Shown: positions 32,040-44,349 of the stretch, one piece after another
Position numbering within the stretch: the stretch's first letter is position 1
Layout: each line of letters opens with the position of its first letter
Source of the DNA: Paracoccaceae bacterium
GTDB taxonomy: Bacteria > Pseudomonadota > Alphaproteobacteria > Rhodobacterales > Rhodobacteraceae
DNA length: 64,000 nucleotides
Assembly (NCBI GenBank): GCA_041397205.1
Contig: JAWKXC010000007.1
Location: 131,753 to 195,752 of the forward strand
Direction: 5' to 3'
The notes under the pieces: generated by a model
Seen by the model: only the letters and a program-made list of their open reading frames with translations
Told to the model about the DNA's origin: nothing
Database searches by the model: none
Translations under genes and position numbers: made by a program

Positions 32040-32458
32040 AAGAAGAAGTCGATCCTGCGCGGTCCCGTCTGATGTCCCGTGTCGGGCCAAAAGACACGAA
32101 ACCTGAGATGATTGTCCGTCGGCTCCTCCACGCCGCCGGATACCGGTATCGTCTTCACGTGAAATCCCTCCCTGGCAGTCCCGATCTGGTGTTTCCGTCG
32201 CGACGTGCGGTGATCATGGTTCATGGTTGCTTCTGGCATCGACACGAGGGTTGCAGGAAAGCGACAACGCCAAAGACCCGCGTCGAATTCTGGAAAAACA
32301 AGTTCACCGCCAATCAGGCGCGCGATGAACGTCAGCTCGCCGAACTGCGAGAGTTAGGGTGGCGAACCTTGGTCGTCTGGGAGTGTTGGACCGAAGCCCC
32401 AAACGAACTTGAGAGGCGGCTTGTGGACTTTCTCGGTGAGCCGGGTGGCGCAGTTTGA
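32021..32458 (+). CDS. vsr: very short patch repair endonuclease
   Basis: MSRV..KDTKPE, LPGSPDLVF, HGCFWHRH, FWKNK, VVWEC. Confidence 0.95.
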   Translation: MHHANVKEEVDPARSRLMSRVGPKDTKPEMIVRRLLHAAGYRYRLHVKSLPGSPDLVFPSRRAVIMVHGCFWHRHEGCRKATTPKTRVEFWKNKFTANQARDERQLAELRELGWRTLVVWECWTEAPNELERRLVDFLGEPGGAV

Positions 32459-32546
32459 GGGGTGGTATTCGATGTGAACGATCAGGCCGAAGGAAACTCG
32501 AAAGCGCTTGGAATAAAAAGTGATTTCGCCCATTCTTTGGACATGG

Positions 32547-33710
32547 ATGGTCGCGAAACTCATCTTGGGACCCAAACGCCGCCCACAGGACATTTCTGAG
32601 CGAGTTCAAGATGCGATAGAAGACCTTTTGGGCGATGCCCAACGGCTTGGCGGAACCCTTGAGAGATCGTCGATCGACAACTACTACCTCGACCGGAAGA
32701 TCCGGCCGCAGGAAGCGAGTGCCGTAGAACGTGCCATCAAGGATGCTGGCGTCGCTATCCTTGAAGAACCACCGCCCGCAGCTGCAACCTTCGCACCGGG
32801 AGCCGGGGATGCCCTCGAGGCTCTCCTCCGGACAATCAGGACATCTACTGAATGGCTCAACGAAGATGAAGAGAAGGCATGTGGTCATGCCATTCGGAGG
32901 CACCTCGAATACTCCTCGTCCGAGGACCAAGACCCAGAACTGTTGAAACGCCTCGAAAGCGCATCAATGGCTGCCAGAGAGCGACTTGTCGTATCTAATG
33001 TGTTTCGGGCATTGAAGATTGCCCGTGAACACAGGAAGGGTTCGGGTCTTAGCCTGGAAGACCGGGTCCAAGAAGGCGTTGTCGGCTTGATGCGGGCCGC
33101 CGAGAAATTCGACCCTTCCCTTGAAACCAGGTTTGCGACTTACGCACACTACTGGATTCGCCAATCAATCGAACGTGCTGCCGCCGACAAAGGGGCGACA
33201 ATCCGTATTCCGGTCCACAGGCGGTCGCAAATGTCCCAATATCGGAGAGCTCGAAGAGCGGTTGGCATCGAGGGCGCTTACCGACCGAGCGAGATCCCGA
33301 TCATCGCTGAAAAACTCGGGTGGACCAACGACTTCACGCACATGATCGCCATGCTATTGGAAATGCGGACAAATTCTCTGGATTTGCCGTTGACCGAAGA
33401 CGGTTCTGCAAAGATTGCGGACGTAATTCCGTCCGAAGAGCCCAACCCCGAGGATGCCGTGCTCGCGAATGATTTTCGTCGCATCGTGCATGCGCTCGTG
33501 GCCTCACTTCGAGACGCGCGTCAACGGGACATTCTGGCCCGACGGTTCGGGCTCAATGATCTCGGTGAAGGGCAAACTCTGGAAGAGATCGGTCAGATCT
33601 ATGGCGTGACCAGAGAGCGAATTCGGCAGATCGAAGCGAAGGCGCTCAAGAAACTACTGATCAAGGCGAAGAACCAGAAGCTTCATCGTCTCTTGGAGGA
33701 TCGCACATGA
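32547..33710 (+). CDS. RpoD/RpoS-like sigma-70 factor
   Basis: Region 2 QEGVVGLMRAAEKFDP..RFATYAHYWIRQSI..IRIPVH; region 4 TLEEIGQIYGVTRERIRQIEAKAL. Confidence 0.92.
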   Translation: MVAKLILGPKRRPQDISERVQDAIEDLLGDAQRLGGTLERSSIDNYYLDRKIRPQEASAVERAIKDAGVAILEEPPPAAATFAPGAGDALEALLRTIRTSTEWLNEDEEKACGHAIRRHLEYSSSEDQDPELLKRLESASMAARERLVVSNVFRALKIAREHRKGSGLSLEDRVQEGVVGLMRAAEKFDPSLETRFATYAHYWIRQSIERAAADKGATIRIPVHRRSQMSQYRRARRAVGIEGAYRPSEIPIIAEKLGWTNDFTHMIAMLLEMRTNSLDLPLTEDGSAKIADVIPSEEPNPEDAVLANDFRRIVHALVASLRDARQRDILARRFGLNDLGEGQTLEEIGQIYGVTRERIRQIEAKALKKLLIKAKNQKLHRLLEDRT

Positions 33711-36700
33711 CCGCGACGGAATCGGAACGCTACGACGCGGCGCAAAAGTTCGTCGGTTGGCTTGAAGGACGCATTCAGTCAGCGGCCACAGGGTCAGCTG
33801 AGACGACAAGAGAGAATGATCCTTTGGCTTCCCTTTGGCTTGGGCGATTGGCGCCTGCAAGGGAGATCGCCAATTCGGATCTCGGCGACAGAGCCGAGCG
33901 ACTCGAACCTTGTGCAATTGGCATGCGCCTTGCACCGGCGACGGAAACTGGAAACAGGTCGTGCACCGCTCGTGTCCGTTTCTTCCTCTGGCACCGGACC
34001 CAGAACGGCTACGAGAAGATCGGCCCCGTGGAAGCAGATGTGCACATTGAGGTCGGAAATGAAGTAGTTGTCGACAACCGCTCAATCGAGGAAGCACTCG
34101 CGGCTGTCGCGCCCAACACGGGGTTGGCCGCCCGGGTCAAAGCGGAACTCCGTCGAATGCGGAAAGGCCCGAGCATCCTTGAGGTTACGTTCGTAAATGA
34201 GAGCGAACCCTCATCCAAGGATGCCGACCGGACTTGGTGCCGACTGCGCCTATTCGAGTGCGAACTCCAATTGAAAGGCCTTATGACAATTCCATTCGTG
34301 CTCGAGGCGCTGCCGGACGGCTTTCGATATGACCGCGACGTGCCTGCATGGGGTATCAACTGCGGCGTGGATGCTGATGAAGACACCTTCCGAACCGTCG
34401 ATCTTCCAAAAAAAGTTCGGATGCGCCCCACTTTTTGGACAGTTGACGAACCGGAACCAGATTTTCGCTTCGATAGCCTTGCGGACGACCCATCGCCTCC
34501 TTTGGATGCTCTTATTTCGGCCGCACGAAAATGGGGCGAGGTCGCCTGGTCCGAGAAGTCGATTCGGCACCATATTCCCGAATGGACCGACGACATAGCC
34601 ACGCATTTCGCCGGGGAGCGGGCAGGTTTCCACGAGGAATTGGTGCGTTTGGAGCGCGGCCTCGACGCCATAAGAACAGACGAAACCTTGGGTCGAGCGT
34701 TTCGTTTGATGAACAAAGCGATTGGCATGTCCGCACGCGGTCGCTACGACCAGTGGCGTCCGTTCCAGCTCGGCTTCATGCTCGCAAATATAGTCGCATG
34801 CCGAGGCGAGGAGGATGACCTCGTCGATATTGTATGGTTTCCAACTGGTGGCGGGAAGACGGAAACGTATCTCGGGCTCGTCTTGACGACTGCATTCTAT
34901 GACAGACTGCGAGGGAAAATGACGGGCGTCAGTGCTTGGGCGCGGTTCCCACTCAGGCTTCTCTCACTTCAACAAACCCAACGTTTTGCAAATGCATTGG
35001 CGGCAGCCGAGTTGGTCCGACAAGAAGAGGGCATCGAAGGGGACCCATTCGGCCTTGGATTTCTGATCGGAGGATCAGCTACACCCAATAGCATTCAAGA
35101 CGCATCTCCCGATTGGATCGCTGGGAATGGACGGCAAACGATCCAGCAGGAGGGGGCGGTGTCGACAATTGACGGTCTGCCCGTTCTGTCGTGAGCCTTC
35201 CATCAAGACCAAGATGAACCGTGCGCTTTGGCGAATGGAACATCGTTGCCGCAACCCGGAATGCCCGTGGCCCAGTGGAACCGCACTTCCTATATGGGTA
35301 GTAGACGACGATGTCTGGCGTTTCTTCCGACCGTAGTGGTAGGAACCCTCGACAAGGCCGCAAACGTCTCGCGACAGGCGAGTATGAGGGGGCTCTTTTC
35401 TGCTCCATTGGGTTTCTGTTCGAGCCCGGGCCATGGCCATACCTATGCAACTCGCTCGAAACGCCCGAAGGAATGCCTCGTTCCCGGATGCACCGCGAAC
35501 ACAGGACCCGTTCCCCAAGACGAGCGGTTCGGCCCGACGCTCGATCTCCAAGACGAAAGTTTGCACTTATTGCGCGATAGTCTGGGAGCCGTGGATGCGC
35601 ACTACGAAGCGATTTTGGACGATCTCCAAACCCACTTCACGGGGACGCGCGCAAAGATCTTGGCATCGTCGGCAACGTTGACAGGATATGAACGGCAAGC
35701 AGATGTGCTCTATCGCCGAAAAGCACGCGTTTTTCCGCATCCAGAGCCTCGAGTTGGGCGTGGCTTTTGGATTGGAGAGACCGAACGAGAGATGCGTCGC
35801 TACCTCGCTGCTGCGCCACGGGGCGTCACGATAGAATACGCTCTGGACCGAACCGTCGTGGCCCTTCAGACCGCAATCCGGGACGTTCTTGCGGACCCGG
35901 TTGGAATGGCTGCCGAGATCAATGTAGATCCGTCCCTTGTGCCTTTCCTAATAGACCTCTACGGAACGAATGTCGTCTACGGCAACACGATCCGGGACCT
36001 GGATGCAGTTGCACGATCTGCCGAAACCCAATGGGGCGATATCCCGGCACCTGACCCCCAGGTGACCTCAATGACCGGAAGGACGTCGCAAATGGACGTA
36101 GCCGGGACGTTGGAACGCCTCGAAAAGCCCGAAGAGGATTTCGCGGACAGGCTGCACGTCGTCACAGCGTCTTCTATGATGTCTCACAGGTTGACATTGA
36201 CCGGCTGAACGTCATGGCGGTCTTAGGTCTGCCACTCACGACCGCCGAGTTCATTCAAGCTACGGCTCGTGTGGGACGACGTTAGCCCTCGCTCGTTCTC
36301 GTCCTCCACAAGATCAGGCGCGAGCAGGATGCGAGCGTGTATCGAGCTTTTCGAAGTGGGTGGAACAGGGAGACCGATTCGTCGAGCCAATTCCGATCAC
36401 GGCAACCAGCCGGCGAGTTCTGGAGCGGACCATGCCGGGTCTCGTATTTGCACGCCTCTTGGCGATCCATGAACCACAATATGGTAGGACCCTGTGGCGT
36501 GGCGTCGACGTCCGGACGCGCATGGGTCAGGTCGACGACTTCTGCGGAGGAAGTCGGCATGCTTTGATCGCGGCCCTTGACCTTGATCGGAGGGTCGCGA
36601 AGCGCTGCGCCGCGATGTCGAAGCTTGGTATGAGCAGTTCGCGCGCAACGCGCTTCATCGGCTGCGTCAAACGAAGGGCATCCAGACCTTTCGCAACCGG

Positions 36701-36766
36701 CCCTCCCATGTTGTCGCTTAGGGACGTCGAAGAGCAGGTAGAAGTCTGGGAAGGGATCCCTCATGA
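33707..36766 (+). CDS. DrmA-like SF2 helicase (multiple frameshifts)
   Basis: WRPFQL, WFPTGGGKTETY, PLRLLSLQQ, CPFC..C..C, GTLDK, QDE-LHLL, SSATL, SMMSH.VDIDRLN, EFIQATARVGR, SLRDVE. Confidence 0.85.
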
Positions 36767-38440
36767 AAGAGCAAAGAAGCGCCTCTCAGATTCTCTTCGG
36801 ACTACTACCCGAACAAACAATCGACATACGATCAGGGATTTGGAAAGTCGCGAAGTGGAACACGAACCCGGTCAACGACGTCGATGAAGAGGCCCTCAGA
36901 ACTGAGTTGATCCGCGTCGCAACACCTGGGAACTCAGGCCGGGGACGGTAACTACGTCCGGGATCTGCGTGCCGGACGGCGGGTGAGGTCGCATCTTTGG
37001 ATCGAGACAAAGGGGTAGTCGTCTCATCCTTCCCACAAACATGGCGTTGTTGTCGCACGTGTGGCAGATTGCATGACAGTCCCAACGTGAAGTACCAGAT
37101 GCCGGAAGACCGAACGCACGACCCATTTCGCCATCACGTTCTTCTTCCACTTGGCCTGCAGGAACTTGCGGCGGCGTAACAACACGGAGTGTCCCGAACT
37201 GCAAGCTCGCGCACCATCTTCCGTCAGCCACCGGCTGGAAGATGCCTCGCCTGGTGTTCCGTCAACCTTGGTTAATTCCGCATCGTCAAGTGCGATTGCG
37301 GTAGAAGCAGGCGCCGCGGCGAGCATGGAGTATGCCGTCCACAGGAGCGCCATGGTCTACACGCCGCGGTCGGTAGTTATCGTTAACACAACCGGGCCGA
37401 ACGGGTGAAGCTGGACAATGCCGGCGGGCCCGATACGGCCTGCGGTGGGTGCTCGGCGGTCTTCAGAACGGTGGGTCGACGGTCTGCGGGACGTCGGCAG
37501 CGAAGTCCGGGCCGGACTCATTTCAAGCGGGCTCGACGCCGGCGATCGAACGGATGATGGCGCAGATGGGGGGTGACGACGCTGCTCCAGATGATCTTTC
37601 CCTGCCGGCGTCGATAGGCGAGCGAGCACGCAGAGAAGCGGTCTCGATCACCCTTGCCATGTCCAAGACGGGTTCAAGGGTGACGGTGGCCGATCTCGTT
37701 CGCGATGGGCCAAACTCTCAAAACAGACTGGACGTCGAATACCCGGAACGAATGAACGACGCGGGGCTTCAAGTCGACTTGATAGACAAGTTCCCATCTT
37801 AGAAAGGAATGTTCGGCTATACACGCGGAGATCACGAACCTGGACAATCCTGCCTCAAACCGTTCTGAGAAGGATGGAACCTACATCGTCTATGGGGATC
37901 GTGCAGGAGACCGAGGCCTTGTTTCTCCGCCTCCGTCCGTCAGTTGTGTCTGATTGGCTTCAAAAGAGAGGCATCGACGTAGGAGTGCCTGCCGACGCTG
38001 ATGAAGCGACGATCCATCGGTCCATTCTCACGAGCATTCACCACGATGTTGAGACTGATGAGGTTTTTCGCAACATAGAGACCTTGATACATAGCCTGTC
38101 GCATCGGACGATACGGCAAGCGTCTTTGTATGCAGGCATCGACAGGAATTCTCTGTCCGAACTCCTCTTTCCTACCGCACTGTCATTCGTAGTCTACGCG
38201 GAGCCGAGAGGTGGCTTCGTCCTCGGGGGCCTCCAGGCCCTGTTCGAAGGCGATCTCCATCTCCTGCTGGACCGCTTGGTCAACGACGACCCCAGATGCG
38301 CCCTCGATCCAGGTTGCGGGCAAGCGGAGGAAGCAGCGTGCGCCGTGTGTCTCCACCTCGGAGAACCGTCATGTCGCCTCTTCAACACACGCCTTGATCG
38401 ACGGACTATGTTCGGCCCCGAAGGTTATCTCGCACCCTGA
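36763..38440 (+). CDS. DrmB-like DUF1998 protein (multiple frameshifts)
   Basis: RSASQILFGLLP, WRCCRTC, HSLSH, C-terminal CALDPGC..ACAVCLHLGEPSC..FN..LDR. Confidence 0.85.
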
Positions 38441-38443
38441 GGT

Positions 38444-38889
38444 TCACACATCCCAACGAGTTCGGCTACGGCGGCGTTTTGACCCAAGCACGCGAAGAAA
38501 TGAGCGGGCCCTGCTGAAACCTACGTAGGCAGGCCGATCATGGCCTTCCAGCACTGTGCCATCCAACGCAAGGACAACCGCGTCGGCTTCAAGACCCTTG
38601 AAGCGCCCAATCGTCTCGAGCACGACGCCCTGCCCGCCATATTCTGTGAACACGGTGCCCGGCAAAGCACGGCTGCCGAGATCATTCCGTAGGGCCGCGG
38701 TTTCACATAGGACCGCAATTTCGTTGGGCGCGAACCCCTCGAATAGTAGTTCGGCCGCCGCGTCTACGACGGCCTCGGTCATCCGACCAACCGAAGCAAC
38801 GTCAGTCCAGATCGGCTCGGGTCCAACAGCTGCGATACTGTCGGACCGGGTCTCGGCAACCGCCGCGACACGATTTGCGATTTGTTGGT
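38444..38889 (-). pseudogene. UvrD-like SF1 helicase C-terminus, truncated by IS21
   Basis: IAVL, ETIGRFKGLEADAVVL, YVGFSRARS; upstream part replaced by the IS end. Confidence 0.8.
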
Positions 38890-41355
38890 TGTGGATAGGC
38901 ATGCAAGATTGACCCCCATCGAGGGGTGATCGGCGTCCAAAAGTGACCCCCTGACAATTCTGTTCAGAAGCTTCCCAAAAGCATGGGGGAGCAGTTCGAG
39001 GATGTTGGTTGTGGAGACGATCGCGAAGATCAGGCGTGCGCATTTCGTCGACGGCAAGTCGATCAAGCAGATCTGCCGGGAGAGTTTTGCAGGTATCGCG
39101 TAACACACGGTGCGCAGGTCATCCGCTCGGGCGCGACCGAGTTCACCTATGATCGCGCAACGCAGCCCGGCCGAAGATCGATCCCTGGCGCTCGGAGAGC
39201 GTTTGGACGAGATGCTGGCCGAGAATGCCCGGCGGCCGAAGCGCGAACGTCTGACGCTGGTGCGGATCTACGAGGAGCTGCGCAACCGCGGCTACGGTGG
39301 CGGCCTATGATGCGGTGCGGCGCTAGCCGGCCAGTTGGTCGAAGCGACCCGGGAGGCGTCTGCGGCGGCCTATGTGCCGCTGAGCTTCCGACCCGGGCGA
39401 GGCCTACCAGTTCGACTGGAGCCATGAGATCGTGATCCTCGATGGCGCGACCGTGACAGTGAAGGTCGCCCATGTCCGCCTGAGCCACAGCCGGATGCTG
39501 TTCGTGCGCTGCCGCGCGAGACCAGGAGATGGTCTTCGATGCCCACGACAAGGCGTTCGCCTTCTTTGGCGGCGCCTGCGCCCGCAGGATCTATGACAAC
39601 ATGAAGACGGCAGTGGACGCGATCTTCGTCGGCAAGGATCGGGCCTACAACCGGCGGTTCGAGCAGATGTGCGGCCATTACCTCGTCAGACCGTCGCCTG
39701 CACGCCCGCTTCGGGCTGGGAGAAGGGCCAGGTCGAGAACCAGGTGGGCGTGATCCGGCGCCGGTTCTTCGTGCCGCGCCCGAGGTTCAAATCCTATACC
39801 GAAATTTGAACGCCTGGCTCGAAGACCGCTGCCTGGCCTACGCACAGGCAAACGCATCCGGAGAGTACGCGGGGAGAAGACGATCTGGGAGGTGTTCGAG
39901 GACAGGCGCCCGGGCCTCGATGCCCTATGTCAGCCCCTTCGACGGGTTCCACGCCGGCCTGCCGGCGTCGGTGTCCAGACCTGCCTCGTCCGGTTCGACA
40001 ACAACCGCTACTCGGTCGATGCCCGCGCCGTGGGGCGGCCGGTCGAGATCCGGGCCTATGCCGATCAGCTCGAATGCTGGCAGGACGGCCGGATCGTCAG
40101 TCCGCACGTGCCTTCGGGCGCGGCAAGACCATCTACGATCCGCTTCATTACATCCCCGTATTGGCCCGCAAACCCGGTGCTCTGCGCAACGGCGCGCCAT
40201 TCAAGGAATGGGATCTGCCGATCGCGATCCGACGCGTGCAGCGCAAGCTGGAGCGTCAGCCCGGCGGCGACCGGCAGACGGTCGAGATCCTGGCCTCGAT
40301 AGCGACGGACCGGATCGAGGGCCGTCGAGGCCGCCCTGCGCCGGGCGCTGTCGCACAACGTCCATTCCGCCGGTGTGGTGCTGAACATCTGGCCTGCCAT
40401 CGCGAGCCGCCACCGCCCCTGACGATCACGACCCCGGACGCGCTGAAGCTCGCGTGCGAACCGGCCCGCCGATTGCGACCGCTATGACAGCCTGAGGAGA
40501 CAGACAGATGGAACGTTCCGACGTGTTGGACGCGATGGGGAAGCTGAAGCTCTACGGCATGAGGGCGTCCTACGACGAGATCATCACCACCGCCCGCAAG
40601 CGCCAGCACGAGCCACAGCAGATCATCGGCGACCTGCTGACCGCCGAGATCAGTGAAGCAGGCGCGCTCGATCAAATACCAGATGACCATCGCCAAGCTC
40701 CCGCTGGCAAGGAACTCGGAGTTCGACTTCGACGCGGCCGAGGTCAACGAGACCCTGGTCCGCGACCTGGCCACCGGTATTCCTCGATCACCAGCGCAAC
40801 CTCGTGCTGATCGGCGGCACCGGAACCGGCAAGACCCCACCTGGCCGTCAGCGTCGCCCGCGCCTGCATCGGGCCGGGCGCCGGGGGCAGTTCTTCAACG
40901 TCGTCGACCTGGTGAACAAGCTGGACGCAGAGGCCCGTGCCGAACGGCAGGGCCGGACCGCAGAGGGCCCGATCTCCCGCCTCGACTTCCTGATCCTCGA
41001 CTTGAACCGGTTACCTCCCCTTCGCCCAGACCGGCGGCCGTTCCTGTTCCACCTGATCAGCAAGCTCTACGAGCGAACTTCCATCATCGTCACGACCAAC
41101 CTGGCGTTCGGCGAATGGCCCAGCGTCTTTGGCGACGCCAAGATGACAACCGCGCTGCTCGACCGCCTGGCCCATCACTGCGAGATCGTCGAGACCGGCA
41201 ACAGCTGGCCTTCAAAGACCGAGCCTGACGCCCGGCATCACCCCCCGCTGGCCTGCCGCTGCGTTAACTGGAACTACGCAGCGCCGGGCCAGGCTCAATC
41301 CAACGGGGTCAATGTTGGATGCTGAAAGGGGGTCAGCATTGGATGCCGTTTGACA
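38890..41355 (+). mobile_element. IS21-family element (istA ~39002-40495, istB 40508-~41228, frameshifted)
   Basis: IRs TGTGGATAGGCATGCAAGATTGACCCC / TGTCAAACGGCATCCAATGCTGACCCC with internal repeats; [37 protein letters not shown]. Confidence 0.93.
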
Positions 41356-42098
41356 CTCTGGCCTGAGAACCACCGTTTTCTCGACGCCCTCGTCGTTCTC
41401 GATACCCCCGGCGGCAGGCTATGGGCCGCCTACGACGCCAAGCACGACACGCCGATCTTCTCATGCGACTTCGGCGTTTCCGAGCCCTACCGATACTGGC
41501 CATCGCGTTGCTGGCCGCCACTTCAATGTTGGAGAACACATGGTCCGCTCGCTCTGGCACAGCATGCTGTTCGAAAGTGAATGCGACCAGCAGTGGTCGC
41601 CTTGGCTCTGTGCGGTCAGGGCAACGGCCGCACAGCGCAGAATATCTTCTCGAAGGCGCGAAAAAGAAGCGCGCAAGCCGGCCCGGCGGGCGTCGGGAGC
41701 ATCGCGAACGGCTGGGAATGCCCGAAGAAAACGAGTGAATCAACTGCATTTCAAGTGATCTCCAATGAAATACTCTCTTTGAGAAAGGAGCAATTCGGAG
41801 CCGACGCCCATTGCCTGTTTTCTCGCAAAAACCTTCACTGCGATATATCGAGCCAGCGGCCTTTCCGGAGCAAAGGGCTCGTCTCCTGAACCGGATCAGG
41901 GACCGACGCTATTGCGGTCATAACAATTTTGAGGCCGCCCATGAGCATTCGGAATAAGCCCCGTGCAGTCCGGGCTGCTACCTGGCTGGAAGTGGCGGAG
42001 CTAACCTGCCTACGGCCAGATCGACCGCGCCGGCATTGCAAGCGTGGTCGAGCATTGAGTCCGCAGGCCCTTGCCTGCCCCACACCAGGAAGGAAAAC

Positions 42099-42948
42099 AT
42101 GACAGACTACAGACTTACACTGAGCTGCGCCAACACGCCAGGCATCGTCGCCAAGGTCGCGGGCGCCATCGCCGCGCAAAGGCGGGAATATCACCGAGGC
42201 GCAGCAATTCGACGATCTCGCCTCTGGTCTGTTCTTCATGCGGGTCGCGTTCTCGTCGGACGCCGAACGCGCCGAGCTCGAAGGCGGCCTTCGCGCCGGT
42301 GGCAGCCGAGCATGCTATGGACCTGAACCTCACACCCGCGGACGCGCGCAAGAAAAGTGCTCGTCCTGGTCTCGAAGTTCGACCATTGCATGGGCGACCT
42401 GCTCTACCGACAGCGGATCGGCGAGGCTCAACATGGAGGTGGTCAGGATCGTCTCGAACCACCCGAGCGAGGCGCTGGCGCTCAGCACTGACGCCGGCAT
42501 CCCCTTACCACCACCTGCCGATCACAAAGGACACCAAGCCCGCGCAGGAGGCCCGGATCAAGGCAATCATCGAGGAGACCAGGGCCGAGTTTGGTGGTGT
42601 TGGCGCGCTACATGCAGGTGCTGTCGGACGACTTTTCGCGGTATCTCTCTGGCCGCTGCATCAGCATCCATCATTCCTTCCTGCCCGGCTTCAAGGGCGC
42701 GAAGCCCCTGCCACCAGGCCTATGAGCGCGGCGTGAAGATGATCGGCGCCACCGCGCATTTCGTCACTGGCGATCTCGACGAGGGCGATCATCGCCCAGG
42801 ACGTCGAGAACGTGACCACGCCGACACGCCCGACACGCTGGTCCGCAAGGGCCGCGACATCGAGCGGCGGTGCTGGCCAGGCCCGTCGCCTGGTATCTCG
42901 ACGACCACATTTCATGAACCGGACCAAGACGGTGATATTCCCGACTGA
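42099..42948 (+). CDS. purU: formyltetrahydrofolate deformylase (frameshifted)
   Basis: N-terminal ACT domain, [56 protein letters not shown]. Confidence 0.88.
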
Positions 42949-42997
42949 GCGCCGCCGACCCGCAGACTTTCAGACAACGACCGGAGAGGAGACCAAC

Positions 42998-44265
42998 ATG
43001 GCACGCATCATCGGAGGCCTCGGCGCCTCGCATTCGCCCACTATCGGGTTTGCCAAGGACACGAACAAGCACAACGACCCGGCCTGGAAGCCGATCTTCG
43101 ACGGCTTCGACGTGCTGCGCAAATGGGTGCAGGACAAGGAGATCGACGTGATTTCCTGATCTACAACGACCATGTCACCTCGTTCTGCTTCGACCACTAC
43201 CCGTTCTTCTCGCTCGGCATCGACGACACCTACCACACCGCCGACGAGGGCGGCGGCCCGCGAGATGTGGCGCCCGCGAAGGGGCATCTGGGGCTCTCGC
43301 AGCACATTGCCATGGCGCTGACGGCGGACGAGTTCGACATGTCGTTCTTCCAGGGCAAGCCGGTCGACCACGGCCTCCTGTCGCCGCTCAGCATGCTGGC
43401 CGATGCCGACGGACCCTGGCCCGGCAAGGTGGTGCCGCTGCATTGCGGGCTCCTGCAACTGCCGATCCCCTCGCCGAAGCGGATGTGGAAGCTGGGCCAG
43501 TGCTCAGGAAGGCGATCGAGAGTTACCGAGGACCTGAACGTCGCGGTGATGGCCACCGGCGGTCCTCAGCCACCAGGTGCACGGCGAACGCGCCGGGTTC
43601 ATCAATGAGGACTGGGACAACGAGTTCCTTGGTACCATCGAGACCGACCCGGAAAAGCTCGCGAACATGCGGCTCGCCGAGTATGTCGTCAAAAGGCGGC
43701 ATGGAAGGTGCCGAGGTGATCATGTGGCTCATCATGCGCGGCGCGCTGTCGGATCACGTGACGCTGAAGCACAAGACGACCTACGCCCCCTCGGTGACCA
43801 ACATCGCCACCATGATCCTCGAAGACGAGGCGCCCCCGCGACCGAGGCCGAGAGCAGGCCACCGGGAGCACATGGGCTACCATCTCGCCGGCGCCGAGAA
43901 GGTGGAGGGGCACCCATCCCACAGCCCATGCGCGCTCGCAGGCGGCGTTCCGCATCAACAGCTTCCCTGCGACCTGATCAAGCCGGAGCACGCAGGCGGT
44001 TCAAATCCGACTTCAACGCGCTGGCCGCTGAACGGGGGCTGACAGACGAGGAAATCGCGCTGATAAACGGCCGCAAATGGATCGAGATCGATCCACTACG
44101 GCGTTTCGTTTTTCATGCTGGAGAAGATGGCTGCCGTGATCGGCGTGCCGAACCCTGCCGTCTATGCCGCCTTCGCGGCGAGACGCTCGAAGAGTTCAGA
44201 AGAGCCGCAAGGTCGCCCTCACCTATGGCGTCGGCGGTGGCGACAGGCAGCTGGACGGGGCGTGA
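42998..44265 (+). CDS. gallate dioxygenase (GalA/DesB-like; frameshifted)
   Basis: MARIIGGLGASHSPTIGFA, YNDHVTSF.FDHY, ADEGGGPR, DHGLLSP, HQVHGERAGF, EGAEVIMW, plus LigA-like C-terminal domain (FFMLEKMAAV). Confidence 0.85.
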
Positions 44266-44349
44266 CACCGGACGCCCCAGCACAGTGGAAGACCGCCCTC
44301 GGGCGGCCCTGCTTGTCTACGCTGGCCAGTCGCTCTGGGCTCTGACAGG

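Noticed and set aside
30960-38440. Canonical DISARM or type II R-M call
   Set aside because: No PLD DrmC, DrmD/DrmE or adjacent restriction endonuclease is visible
41356-41760. Possible 3' gene fragment right of IS21
   Set aside because: Coding-like but no family recognised
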